Counted from the first letter of the stretch, positions 18,977-28,667 are shown. The stretch is 36,651 bases of DNA from Bacteroidales bacterium (GCA_003451785.1 DMJL01000026.1:1-36651), one strand, 5' to 3'. The notes: generated by a model not told the origin, from the letters alone. A program made the numbers and translations.

Positions 18977-21415
18977 TTAACCTTTCAGAAATCCATACTT
19001 GTAAATTCTCGGTTCAATCTTCATCTCAATTTTTCGCAACTTCTCCCGCAAGTTGATAATTAATTGCATGTAAATTTTATCATCGCTTTTGGTATTCATC
19101 TTGCCTTTATCGTTTCTCCCCTGAAAATGCATCCGGATATCATACAACGATGCATTTACATTGCAATTTGGCTGTTTGTGGTAGTATTTCCAAAGCCCAC
19201 ACCCTGCAGCAAAAACTTCGGTAGCTTCTGATGAGAAAACCAAGGGCGTTTCATAATGAACCTGTGGCTCAAGTAAAATGGAAAAAATATTCGGCGTGCT
19301 TTTATTGGGCTTTATCTTTCCTTTAATAAACCGGCTCATAAAGTTGCTTTGAAACCTTTCTCGCGCATTTACATCTTGTTCTGTGAATGGGATCCAGTGG
19401 TTGATGCCATATTCTGATTTTATACTGTTGCTAAATAGGGTATAAGCCAAGCAGTCGTTTTGAAATTCCAAATCGGTCTCCCATTTGCTATTAGGAAAAA
19501 GAAATTGGTCTCTATCGTTTAGCCAAGTAGCTTGAATGCTGTGACGAACTGTAAAATAAATTCCAACTTCAATTAAATTTTTATCAGTAATCCAGGTGCC
19601 CCTTGGGTGTGGCAATTGACTCTTATCGTTAATAATAAAGATCAAATTCGTGTTTTGAAAATCATTTCCTTTACAAGAAATAAAGCCAATATTTTTTTCA
19701 TTTTGGCGATTTCGAGTTGAAATTAACCAATCATTTATTGATTTTGAGTTTGAATAGGATGAGAAATTTTTAGTGAGAATCAGACTCCCATGCTCATTAT
19801 AAACATCTGAGCAACTTTCCTCAAACTTTTCCATTTTACCTGTATTCCAGATAAAAAATCCAATTGGAAACTTCCCTTTTACATTATCAAAGGTGTCGGC
19901 AGGGACGATGAACATTTTTTCCAGTTTGGCTTGAAAAAATTTTCGAAATTTTTCAAAATTAGGTGCTTGCAGAATTTTCAACTTTGAAAATTCTGCAAGC
20001 ACTACGCCTGGAATTTCGCTATAAATTCTTGCAAAAAACTGGGCAAAAAGCTCTCTTCCAGCAATTCCAATTTTAGGTTGGTAGTTTCTGTAAATTTTTG
20101 TGGTAACAGCAACATCGGTTTTATTTACCTTTTTTCCAGAAACGGTTCCAGTACTCGCAGCTTCAGCATACGGTGGATTAATATACACCACCAACTTCTT
20201 CCGCTTTTCGGGGTCATAAATTATGTCCTTTAGTGTTTTGGGCAATTTGTTGAAATCGTCGTTCAAAAAATCAAATTGGAAAACATGGTCTTCAAGCAAG
20301 TTTGCACCATTTTTTATGCGATCGCGCATTATTTCAACATCTTGTTGGTCTAATGTTGAAGCCCAAATATGGTATTTGTTGGTAAGCCCGTTTAGCAAGT
20401 TGCCAGTGCCCGCAGCACAATCCCAAATAAAATACTCGTCCTGCCAGTCGTCCCCCAAAACATCTGCCAAATACTTTTGGGAAAGTTCTACCCAGATTTG
20501 CGGCGTAAAAAAGCTGCCCTTTCTTTCTCTAACATCTTGTGGCACAAGCAAATCCCTTCGCTCTACAATATAATCCCAATACCCTTCCTTGGGTGGTCGT
20601 TCATACTTGTTCCAAAACTGTGTATGAGCTAATTGCTTGTCGTTGAACTCGGTTCTTTTACTACTAAACATACCGGCCTCGTCCACCTTGCGATCCAGTT
20701 CGTAATGGTCGCTCCTAAGCAACACAAAGAGCTTCTCCTTAAGTGTAGTGTTTTCATGAGAAAGCATATCGGCAAGATAAAAGTCGCCGTCAATTATTCC
20801 GCTCTTCTTTGCAATTTCCCATTTAACAGCAATAGTTGGCTTCACAGTTTGATGCCATTTGTTGTAAATGACAATGAAATTATTCTTGTCTATTCGGTTC
20901 TTTGTAAGACCGAATTTGCCAACAACAAAATTGCTCTTTATGAATCTCCGCAGTTCTTTGTCGTCTTTTTCGTACTCGAAGAGCAGCGTTTTTTGGTCTA
21001 AAATTGCTTTTACTTTTTCATGGACACTCCTGAACTCCTTAGTTTCATAATCAGAAGGTGCAACATTCCAATTGAAATCATTCTGATAAAAAACATCATG
21101 AATGTCGCTATAAGGGATGAACGCAATTTTTTCTCCATCGAATGCCCCGAGAAAACGGGGAGGCAAATACTTATCAAATGTGCGGGCTTTTCCAATGGTA
21201 AGTATAAGCTGAACAAGGGAGTTGTAAATGTTTGACGCACCTTTCTTTGCTTCTGCCCATAGGAGAGATTCTTGGTCGGCTAACTCCTTAGTGCTTTGGT
21301 GTATAGCCACGCAAAAATCAACATTACCCATAATCTTAGAACAATCGAAAATCCAAAAATAGTCGTGAGCTACTTTGTTTTTCAATTCTTCTTCTCTAAT
21401 GTTGGCGTATTTCAT
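18977..21415 (-). CDS. Single-polypeptide N6-adenine DNA methyltransferase with large N- and C-terminal extensions; type IIG-like restriction-modification candidate
   Basis: GSFFTP motif X (aa 300-305), WDCAAGTGNLL motif I (aa 331-341), and NPPY motif IV (aa 413-416, nt 20168-20179). The N-terminal VDF(33)...LLWAEAKKG(E55-x-K57) resembles the D...ExK nuclease motif of MmeI-type enzymes. The ~380-aa C-terminal region could be a TRD. Strongly A/T-rich (16 G+C in the 60 nt at 19681-19740). Confidence 0.7.
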   Translation of the reverse strand: MKYANIREEELKNKVAHDYFWIFDCSKIMGNVDFCVAIHQSTKELADQESLLWAEAKKGASNIYNSLVQLILTIGKARTFDKYLPPRFLGAFDGEKIAFIPYSDIHDVFYQNDFNWNVAPSDYETKEFRSVHEKVKAILDQKTLLFEYEKDDKELRRFIKSNFVVGKFGLTKNRIDKNNFIVIYNKWHQTVKPTIAVKWEIAKKSGIIDGDFYLADMLSHENTTLKEKLFVLLRSDHYELDRKVDEAGMFSSKRTEFNDKQLAHTQFWNKYERPPKEGYWDYIVERRDLLVPQDVRERKGSFFTPQIWVELSQKYLADVLGDDWQDEYFIWDCAAGTGNLLNGLTNKYHIWASTLDQQDVEIMRDRIKNGANLLEDHVFQFDFLNDDFNKLPKTLKDIIYDPEKRKKLVVYINPPYAEAASTGTVSGKKVNKTDVAVTTKIYRNYQPKIGIAGRELFAQFFARIYSEIPGVVLAEFSKLKILQAPNFEKFRKFFQAKLEKMFIVPADTFDNVKGKFPIGFFIWNTGKMEKFEESCSDVYNEHGSLILTKNFSSYSNSKSINDWLISTRNRQNEKNIGFISCKGNDFQNTNLIFIINDKSQLPHPRGTWITDKNLIEVGIYFTVRHSIQATWLNDRDQFLFPNSKWETDLEFQNDCLAYTLFSNSIKSEYGINHWIPFTEQDVNARERFQSNFMSRFIKGKIKPNKSTPNIFSILLEPQVHYETPLVFSSEATEVFAAGCGLWKYYHKQPNCNVNASLYDIRMHFQGRNDKGKMNTKSDDKIYMQLIINLREKLRKIEMKIEPRIYKYGFLKG

Positions 21416-21534
21416 TTTAGCTTGCTTTCTAAATCAAAATGCAACAATCTCCCTTGATCGGGTAATCTACCTCACTTCAAATTTGGGTTGTTTATACTAA
21501 GCGATTTTATCCTGTATGTAAAACCATCATTTTT

Positions 21535-24105
21535 TTACTCAAGCCAAATTTGCTCTACCTCCAGCGATACCCTTTGGCTTGCGCCCTCCCGGATGGAAAA
21601 CTGGATGGTTTGCAGTTTGTTCCAATCAAAGGGGGCATCCTCCTTTGCTTCGTGAAAAAATGACATAAACACCGGATAGGGCCTTGGTATGATTGCGTAT
21701 TTTCCTTGCGAAAAGGCACTGAGTGGAATGCGGTATTGCTTTTTGCCCGGCTCAATGCTTATCTGTGCAGTGAATGCCACTCCATTGTGGTCTATCAATC
21801 CCACTTCAACAGGTTGAGCAGTTTGGGTTAGGGTGCGGGCGTTTAGCACAAGGTATCGCTTTGCGGCAAACTCGTTTTGGCGACCTTTCAGTTCGTCGGC
21901 AAAGTAGTATTTGAAAGTGTAATCGCCAATGGAATCGCCTGCATGAAATGCGTTTCTGAGTTGGTCAAGGTCAATTCTTAGAACTGTATTGCCTTCGGGT
22001 GTAGGTAACGGACGCACATCGCGATACCACCTGCGCATGGTTTCGGACCAGCTGGTGGCGGCATCCCACAACGCCAAATTAGCATTTTGCGGAACAACTC
22101 TCAGGCTAAATGCATCGGTATGTGCAAAATCCCACTGACCGGGTCTGCCTTGGTGTGCGCCGGGGAAGGTTATATTTTGACCGCCTTCGTTCACCGTAAC
22201 CTGGTAAGAAAACAATCCCTTCTCAACAACATCGGCAGGAATAGTAACCGACCATCTAACTCCCCTCTCGAACACAGCATCAAAGTTTCTCCATTGCCTT
22301 GCCGACATTATTAGGACTTCTACTTCTTCGGGTTTTGTGAGCGAGAACACATCAAACTTCAAAGTTAGCAGGCCGCCTTCGCTAACCTCCTCCGGCGAAT
22401 GGTTTGTCAGGAATATTCCGTTGAGATTGGTAGCAGGTGCCACAAACTCATTGAGACGGATATTCTGAAACTGCATGGTGGGAGTAATATGCTTAGTAGC
22501 TCCTTGGCGTCTTATCAAGTAAGTACCGGGCTTTATGGAGAAAGCGTTGCTGGTGACTTGTGGAACGAATGGATTGCCTTCGTTCAGGGGTTGAATGGTG
22601 AATCCGCTGCCCAAATTGGGTATTTTCAGGGTCATTTTCCTTTTATTGTGTACAACTGCAGCTTTTTGGAGTCCGGGACTGGCTCTCGAATAGGGGTCTC
22701 TGATGAGAAAAGCATCGGGCATTACCTCGAGTCGCCAAATGCCGTCTGCAACCTTGTCGAGAAAATAGGCACCGAGACCATCGTACTCCACCAAAGGTGA
22801 AGAGCCAAAACCGGCAATTTCGGTAAGCAGGGCAGGATTGGCAGGAGATGATGTAGTGTTGTTGGTATAAATGAACCTTTCGTTGGTAACCATTTCGGCA
22901 AGGTTTTCCTGGTGGCTCAATCGGAAATTGCCAAACCTAAGGTTGTCGGGATATATACCCAAATTGGCATACATGGGCACCTGCCTAAAGATTTCACCGG
23001 CAATTTTCAGACTCAAAGCGCGTTGGGGGCTGTAAGCCAAATTCATAAAATGCGTTCCGTAGTTGGTGTTGTATGGGGCATTGAACATGGCATCGTAAGC
23101 AAAATAAGTTCCCACCTGCATTCCCGCTTGTCTGAAGGTACGCGCCATTGCCGGAATGAGATAGCTGCCGTGGGTGTCGGATGCGTCGAATTCATAAACA
23201 AGTTTTGCCCTTTGCCTAAACACCGGATTGTTGGCAAACGGAATATGATAATAATCTACCTGTGGCAGAAAATTGCCCTGCCGTGCATGGTTCGCTACCA
23301 GCCCAGTGGGATACCACTGAAAGGTGCCACCCTGCATTTCTGTGGTTAAGAAAGCCTCCAACTGAAAAATATTATGACTCCAATTATAGAAAATGGGCTT
23401 TTGCAATCCTGTGCGACGCATGGAGCGCGACATCCGGTTGATAAAGTCGGTTACTTCGGCTATAGTGCCAAAATGATGTGGCTCATTGGAAACCTCAAAG
23501 GCAATGATGCTTGGCTCGTCTTTGTAGGCCACGCCAGTATATTGGTTCACATGGTTCAAGAATTGGTACAAAAAGTTTTCCTGCGCGCGGATGCAATCTT
23601 CGATTACAAGACAACCCGCTTTGCTCCATCGCTGCGAAAAACCGGGGGTGGCTTCATCAGGCTCGGGCCAGCCGTTGCCCCAAAATGCTATGGGCGTTAT
23701 CACAAAGCGCATACCTCGCTTTTTCATCTCGTAGATAGCAAAATCCAATAACCGCAGATGCTCATTGTTAATCAGATTTCCCAAAGTGTCGGATATTTCG
23801 GTATCCCACACATGCACACGATATAGGTCGAGACCCAGCCGTGCAAAATGGTAAACATCTTGCCGAATAGCATCCTCATGCGAAACACCAAGACGATTGG
23901 CCATTCTAAATTCATGCGCAAAGGGCAGTGTGTAATTTACTCCAAAACCAAAGACTTCTTGGTTGTTTTGGCGAAACCGCATCACGCCATTGCGGTCAAC
24001 CACCACAAGTCCATCGTTTCTTCTGGGAGTGGCGTGAAGCCCCACACTAAGCAATAGCAAGAGGGCTGTTAAATATGTGAGCAAAGATTTTGACTGAAAT
24101 TTCAT
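21535..24105 (-). CDS. Secreted clan GH-A (GH5-like) glycoside hydrolase with C-terminal accessory domains
   Basis: Signal peptide (LLLLLSVGLHA). TIM-barrel-type segment with FEVSNEPHH (NEP acid/base motif). 856 aa. The exact GH family was not determined. Confidence 0.6.
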   Translation of the reverse strand: MKFQSKSLLTYLTALLLLLSVGLHATPRRNDGLVVVDRNGVMRFRQNNQEVFGFGVNYTLPFAHEFRMANRLGVSHEDAIRQDVYHFARLGLDLYRVHVWDTEISDTLGNLINNEHLRLLDFAIYEMKKRGMRFVITPIAFWGNGWPEPDEATPGFSQRWSKAGCLVIEDCIRAQENFLYQFLNHVNQYTGVAYKDEPSIIAFEVSNEPHHFGTIAEVTDFINRMSRSMRRTGLQKPIFYNWSHNIFQLEAFLTTEMQGGTFQWYPTGLVANHARQGNFLPQVDYYHIPFANNPVFRQRAKLVYEFDASDTHGSYLIPAMARTFRQAGMQVGTYFAYDAMFNAPYNTNYGTHFMNLAYSPQRALSLKIAGEIFRQVPMYANLGIYPDNLRFGNFRLSHQENLAEMVTNERFIYTNNTTSSPANPALLTEIAGFGSSPLVEYDGLGAYFLDKVADGIWRLEVMPDAFLIRDPYSRASPGLQKAAVVHNKRKMTLKIPNLGSGFTIQPLNEGNPFVPQVTSNAFSIKPGTYLIRRQGATKHITPTMQFQNIRLNEFVAPATNLNGIFLTNHSPEEVSEGGLLTLKFDVFSLTKPEEVEVLIMSARQWRNFDAVFERGVRWSVTIPADVVEKGLFSYQVTVNEGGQNITFPGAHQGRPGQWDFAHTDAFSLRVVPQNANLALWDAATSWSETMRRWYRDVRPLPTPEGNTVLRIDLDQLRNAFHAGDSIGDYTFKYYFADELKGRQNEFAAKRYLVLNARTLTQTAQPVEVGLIDHNGVAFTAQISIEPGKKQYRIPLSAFSQGKYAIIPRPYPVFMSFFHEAKEDAPFDWNKLQTIQFSIREGASQRVSLEVEQIWLE

Positions 24106-24546
24106 AAATGAAAGAGATTATTTGTGAAATTATAAAAACCGACAAACACAACCACTTGTATGTCAGCCATGTGAAATGAAAAACAACAAATGATTTGAAG
24201 CAAAAATAAAATCCTAAATATCGGATTTTTTACCATGCACGCAACGAACTGCAAGTTGAGAAAAACACAAAATTAAATGAGCTAACAGCAATGAAACTCA
24301 CAAAGGTGCAAAAACTACAGGCATTGCACCGCAAAGCAACAAGCAGTTTGACAAAATTTTTAACCGAAAGTTATAAGGATTGGATACATTTGTGTGGAAA
24401 ATACATGACTGTTTGAGCAACCGCAATAAATTCGTTGGTCAGGTCAAAACACAATAAAATCAAGCAATTATCAACCATCAACTTAATCTGAAGCATTTGT
24501 AAAAAAACCGGTAGCATACAAAACAAAAAAAGAGTTTTTGTTGCAA

Positions 24547-25497
24547 ATGCCTTTAAAAAAATTTCTTGTGAATTGTATGGAAAAGAAAGTCAGCAACCTA
24601 TCGGTTTTTCGCAAAAATTTGGTTTACAACACACTGGGGGAGTTAGACTCCAACCAGCCTGAGTTTTTGGTATCTGAAAGCCTTTATGAGTTACCCCATG
24701 GAAAGCTCGTAAAAGAAACCCACTGGACCGAAAACGGGCAAGTGGAACAGCAAACGGTTTACAGCTATACCCCACAAGGATTTTTGTTGCGAGAGGAGCT
24801 GGTGGATAGCGACGGCTCAACATTAGAATGCCGAAGTTTTGAGCCTGATAGCAACAACCTTATCCAAATCGAAAGATTGCATTATGCAGATGGATCTGCC
24901 GACAGAATATTGTATGTGAGGGATAGCAACCAAAAACTTGTTCGCAAGGAGTTTTATGCCGATGAAAACGACCTTGAAGTAATTGAAGAGTTTGCGTATG
25001 ATGGTGAAAACCTTTTAAGACAAACAAAAAGGGACAATAACGACGACCTTATAGCAGAATCGCATTACACATATAACGATATGGGGTTGATATCAGAATT
25101 GACTGTTAACGACTTGGAAGAAGACATTAATTATCAAAAGCATTATGCATACGATGAGAATGGTTTTTTGCTACAAGTTACCACCTTCAATGAAGAAGGC
25201 GACCCTGTGGAACGCATAACCCACGAAAATAATGAAGCCGGCAAGCCGGTAAAAATTACAGACGAAAATAAGAGACAGAAAAACACTACAACCCTTGAAT
25301 ATAATGAATTTGGGGAAGTGATATTTCAAGCAGAGACCGACCGCCACGGTCAATTGGTAAAACAATTAGAGAAATCGTTTGACGACAACAACCTATTGAA
25401 AGAAACCCAAGTATTGGTGCGAGATTTTCAAAGGGGATTTTCGCGCAGCTATGTATTAAGGCATCAATATGTCTTTTTTGATAACCAAACGGATTAA
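24547..25497 (+). CDS. YD/RHS-like repeat protein, small, no obvious signal peptide
   Basis: Recurrent Y-x-Y-D/N-x-x-G-like units (YSYTPQGFL, FAYDGENLL, YTYNDMGLI, YAYDENGFL, EYNEFGEV). The start is uncertain: TTG at 24538, ATG at 24547, or ATG at 24577. Confidence 0.4.
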   Translation: MPLKKFLVNCMEKKVSNLSVFRKNLVYNTLGELDSNQPEFLVSESLYELPHGKLVKETHWTENGQVEQQTVYSYTPQGFLLREELVDSDGSTLECRSFEPDSNNLIQIERLHYADGSADRILYVRDSNQKLVRKEFYADENDLEVIEEFAYDGENLLRQTKRDNNDDLIAESHYTYNDMGLISELTVNDLEEDINYQKHYAYDENGFLLQVTTFNEEGDPVERITHENNEAGKPVKITDENKRQKNTTTLEYNEFGEVIFQAETDRHGQLVKQLEKSFDDNNLLKETQVLVRDFQRGFSRSYVLRHQYVFFDNQTD

Positions 25498-25499
25498 TC

Positions 25500-26090
25500 A
25501 TGGAAACGGCATTTTTTGATTCATTCTGGTGGACTTGGGTGGTTCTGCCATTACTCATTTTCTGTTCTCGCATTTTAGATCAGAGTATTGGAACCCTGCG
25601 TCTAATTTTTGTATCAAAGGGTTATAAAAACATTGGACCTTTTCTGGGGTTTTTTGAGGTAATCATTTGGTTGTTGGCCGTTACACAGGTGCTGCAACAT
25701 CTCACCAACCCTATGTCGTACATAGCTTACGGCGGGGGTTTTGCCATGGGAAATTATATAGGGATGCGCATTGAAGAAAGGATAAGCATTGGCACTGTCC
25801 TTATCCGAATTATACCCAAAGATGATGCAAACGATATGATCGGCAGATTGCGCCAAGAGGGTTTTGGAGTAACAGCTACACCGGCGGAAGGTGCTATGGG
25901 CCCGGTGAAAATAATCTTTACCATCATTAAGCGAAAAAGCATTCCCACAGCCATAAACATCATCAATCAATACAATCCGCAGGCATTTTATACCATCGAA
26001 GAGATAAAATCCGTGAAGGATGGATACTTTGGAGTGCAGCAAAAAAGGGAAGTTTTCAATTGGCGGTTGTTTAGCAAGAAAACAAAGTAA
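25500..26090 (+). CDS. UPF0316 / DUF2179-domain membrane protein
   Basis: 196 aa. The N-terminal TM segments, with ILDQSIGTLRLIFVSKG, and the C-terminal soluble domain are typical of the UPF0316 family. It starts 2 nt after the preceding stop. Confidence 0.6.
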   Translation: METAFFDSFWWTWVVLPLLIFCSRILDQSIGTLRLIFVSKGYKNIGPFLGFFEVIIWLLAVTQVLQHLTNPMSYIAYGGGFAMGNYIGMRIEERISIGTVLIRIIPKDDANDMIGRLRQEGFGVTATPAEGAMGPVKIIFTIIKRKSIPTAINIINQYNPQAFYTIEEIKSVKDGYFGVQQKREVFNWRLFSKKTK

Positions 26091-26155
26091 AACCACGCTT
26101 CTCGCCAAATTTGCTTTCTAATATTAGGGCAATTTTACTCCAACAGATGCAGCAA

Positions 26156-27331
26156 CTAATTCCATCTTCCTGGAATAGCTCTATTACAAAATCTGCACCG
26201 ACCGTTTCGTATTTGATTCGAAATTAGCGTAATTCCCGCCCTGTGCATAATCCTTTCTCCGCAACCCGGGCAGAAGGTGCTATCGTAGCGATGACCCGGC
26301 ACATTTCCAATGGTAACGAAGTTTATGCCTGCATCTCTTGCTATGCGGTGGGCTGCTTCTAAGGTTCTTATGGGTGTGGCGGGAAGGTTTGTTAGCCTAT
26401 ATGCTGGCATAAAACGATTGAAGTGCAGAGGCACATCCGGTCCAAGGTTTTCGAGAATCCACAGGCTCATAGCTCTTATAGTGGCGGGATTGTCGTTTAG
26501 GGTGGGAATCACTAAGTTAATGATTTCGAGCCATACTCCTTCTTCTTGAATAATTTTCAGGGTTTCCAGCACGGGCTGCAGCGATCCTCCGCTTATCTGG
26601 CGATAAAACTTATCGTCGAATGCTTTCAAATCAACCCGCACAGCATCTATATGCCTAAGCAATGCCCTAAGTGGCTCAGGATTGATGAAACCGTTGGTTA
26701 CAAGGGTTGTTTTTATGCCTTCCTTTTGCGCCAGTTTTGCAATATCGTAAACATACTCATAAAAAACCGTAGGCTCGGTATAGGTGAACGATAGAGAATT
26801 GAATCCAGCTCTTCTCACGCCATCAACAATTTGCCTTGGAGAGCGTACAAGATTTCTTACATCTTCTACACTGCTCTGGGAAATAGACCAATTCTGACAA
26901 TTCTGGCAATGAAAGTTGCATCCTACAGTTGCAACCGTCTGGCGCCAATGCCCCGGAAAGAAATGATGAAATGGAGCCTTTTCAATTGGCCCGGAGCTTA
27001 CGGTAACCGGTCTGCCATATACAAGGGTATAAAGCACCCCGCGTCGGTTTTCTCGCACCCGGCACAATCCCCGACTTCCATCGGGAATCACGCAATAATG
27101 AGGGCACAATTCGCACATTACCCTGTTGTTGGTCAGCTCACGCCAGTATTTTGCGGGGCGTGGGCCAGCCTTCATCCCTGCTTCCGATCTGTTTGCTGCA
27201 ACACTCATTGTATTCAAAGGCTCATCAGGTGACAACCATCGGGATGGCAAATCTTTCCAATATGGATAATACACAAATGCAGCCGATACAATTATGGATG
27301 TGAGAATCAGAAAAAAAATGGTCTTTCTCAT
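26156..27331 (-). CDS. AmmeMemoRadiSam-type (AmrS-like) radical SAM enzyme, paralog 1, with N-terminal signal/anchor
   Basis: N-terminal Cys cluster CELCPHYC..GLC, PIEKAPF, radical SAM CNFHCQNC (Cx3Cx2C), and a C-terminal CPGC...CRFC ribbon. The hydrophobic N-terminus is MRKTIFFLILTSIIVSAAFV. Confidence 0.8.
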   Translation of the reverse strand: MRKTIFFLILTSIIVSAAFVYYPYWKDLPSRWLSPDEPLNTMSVAANRSEAGMKAGPRPAKYWRELTNNRVMCELCPHYCVIPDGSRGLCRVRENRRGVLYTLVYGRPVTVSSGPIEKAPFHHFFPGHWRQTVATVGCNFHCQNCQNWSISQSSVEDVRNLVRSPRQIVDGVRRAGFNSLSFTYTEPTVFYEYVYDIAKLAQKEGIKTTLVTNGFINPEPLRALLRHIDAVRVDLKAFDDKFYRQISGGSLQPVLETLKIIQEEGVWLEIINLVIPTLNDNPATIRAMSLWILENLGPDVPLHFNRFMPAYRLTNLPATPIRTLEAAHRIARDAGINFVTIGNVPGHRYDSTFCPGCGERIMHRAGITLISNQIRNGRCRFCNRAIPGRWN

Positions 27332-27364
27332 TTGAATGGTTTCCTAATTTTTTTAATGACATAT

Positions 27365-28534
27365 CTATTCCCAAATTCCGGGCACAGGTCTGCCCGAAAA
27401 AGGCGACCTTCCATTTTCAATTCTATTGTAAACCACATTGAAATGCACACGATGAATCAACCGTTTGCCGGTATGAGGACAAAAAGTGGAATTGTAGCGA
27501 TGTCCGGGTACATTTCCAATGGTAACGAAGTTGAGTCCTGCTTCTCTGGCAATGCGGTGTGCCGCTTCGAGAGTTCTAATCGGAGTAGCGGGCAGGTGTG
27601 TCAATCTGTACGATGGATGAAACCGTGTGAAGGCAAGGGGCACATTGGGACCGAGATTTTCTGCAATCCACTCGCTCATGGCCCTGATCTGCCGCAGGCA
27701 ATCATTCACCGTTGGTATAATCAGATTGGTTATTTCGAGCCACGCCCCTTCCTCCTTGATTATTTGCAGAGATTGCAACACAGTGTAGAGATTTCCACCA
27801 AAGTAGGTTTGATAGGCTTGGTTGCAAAAACCTTTTAAATCGACCACAGCTTGGTCTATGCGGTTGAGTAATGCTCGGAGTGGCATCTCTGCAATAGCAC
27901 CATTGGTGTGAAACTGCATTCGCAACCCCTGCTGGCGAGCCAAAACAGCTACATCGTAAAGAAACTCGTAGAAAATTGTCGGCTCGTTGATTGACCCTGT
28001 AATGGTTCGTGCACCTTGCTGCAATGCATAATCCACTACCTGAGAAGCTGAAAGCCTTCTTGCCCGTACCTCCTCCGGCCTTCGCTGGGTGATATGCCAG
28101 TTGTGGCACTGCATACAGCGAAAATTACAACCGGCTGTGGCCAAAGCAAGCACTCTGGTACCGGGCAAGGCGTGTTTCATGCCGTCTTTCTCAATAGGCG
28201 CAATGGTAGTAGAAGCCAACTGCCCGTAAACAAGGGAATACAACCGACCATCGCGGTTTTCCCTTACCCGGCAAATTCCGCGTCTTCTGGGGGCGATTAT
28301 GCAATAGTGCGTGCAAAGAGTACACTTTACCCTGTTATTATCAAGTGATTCCCAAAAGCGGGCTTCAACAGCCCCTCCGGAAACAAAGGTTGGCGGAGGC
28401 AAACTGGAATGCAGTGCAGGAACCAAGTTTTCTTTTGCCCGAAAAAAGGAAGGTATGTAGGCAGCAGCAATTGCTGCCAATAGGATGATTGCTACAAGTA
28501 TTTTAAAATACCTTTTTTCCATAGCTTTTGGCAT
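27365..28534 (-). CDS. AmmeMemoRadiSam-type radical SAM enzyme, paralog 2, with N-terminal signal/anchor and a degenerate C-terminal Cys ribbon
   Basis: CTLCTHYC..GIC, PIEKDG, and CNFRCMQC. The C-terminus reads CPHTG...SPFSG, so three of the four ribbon cysteines are missing. N-terminus KRYFKILVAIILLAAIAAAY. It shares an identical 23-nt stretch with paralog 1 (27510-27532 = 26301-26323). Confidence 0.8.
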   Translation of the reverse strand: MPKAMEKRYFKILVAIILLAAIAAAYIPSFFRAKENLVPALHSSLPPPTFVSGGAVEARFWESLDNNRVKCTLCTHYCIIAPRRRGICRVRENRDGRLYSLVYGQLASTTIAPIEKDGMKHALPGTRVLALATAGCNFRCMQCHNWHITQRRPEEVRARRLSASQVVDYALQQGARTITGSINEPTIFYEFLYDVAVLARQQGLRMQFHTNGAIAEMPLRALLNRIDQAVVDLKGFCNQAYQTYFGGNLYTVLQSLQIIKEEGAWLEITNLIIPTVNDCLRQIRAMSEWIAENLGPNVPLAFTRFHPSYRLTHLPATPIRTLEAAHRIAREAGLNFVTIGNVPGHRYNSTFCPHTGKRLIHRVHFNVVYNRIENGRSPFSGRPVPGIWE

Positions 28535-28635
28535 AAAGTCGTGAAAAAAACCGCAGTTTGACGCATGACCGCCCCAACCCTATTACCTCCTTCCCTTGCC
28601 CACAAAAGAAAAAGGGCAACCTAAGATGCAACTGC

Positions 28636-28667
28636 TAAATGTACAAAATTTTTCAGAAAATCACAAA
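28636..28667 (-). promoter_or_regulatory. Candidate internal Bacteroidota-type promoter (-33 TTTG, 20-nt spacer, -7 TAcaTTTA) ahead of radical SAM paralogs 2 and 1
   Basis: Minus strand: TTTG (28667-28664), a 20-nt spacer, then TACATTTA (28643-28636). It lies in the 181-nt gap between the membrane-protein stop and the paralog 2 start. Confidence 0.3.

Noticed and set aside
18836-21534. Search for target-site duplications or terminal repeats flanking the type IIG-like gene insertion
   Set aside because: Comparing 18836-18976 with 21416-21534 by eye gave no shared 8-mer or longer direct or inverted repeat, so I make no mobile-element call.
27332-27838. 168-aa plus-strand ORF, and similar long antisense ORFs (e.g. 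26831-27232, 28094-28348, 31679-31954) within the radical SAM genes
   Set aside because: They are antisense shadows of well-supported genes with strong family motifs, and no independent motifs are present. The same reasoning applies to antisense ORFs inside tnaA, meaB, the PLC-like gene, GH2, the GH-A hydrolase, the MFS transporter, fhs and the DUF2179 gene (25614-26108).
28564-28566. 24-codon minus-strand mini-ORF preceded by GGAGG in the intra-cluster gap
   Set aside because: It is very short and overlaps the paralog 2 start out of frame. Shine-Dalgarno usage is generally weak in Bacteroidota. I mention it only as part of the gap finding.
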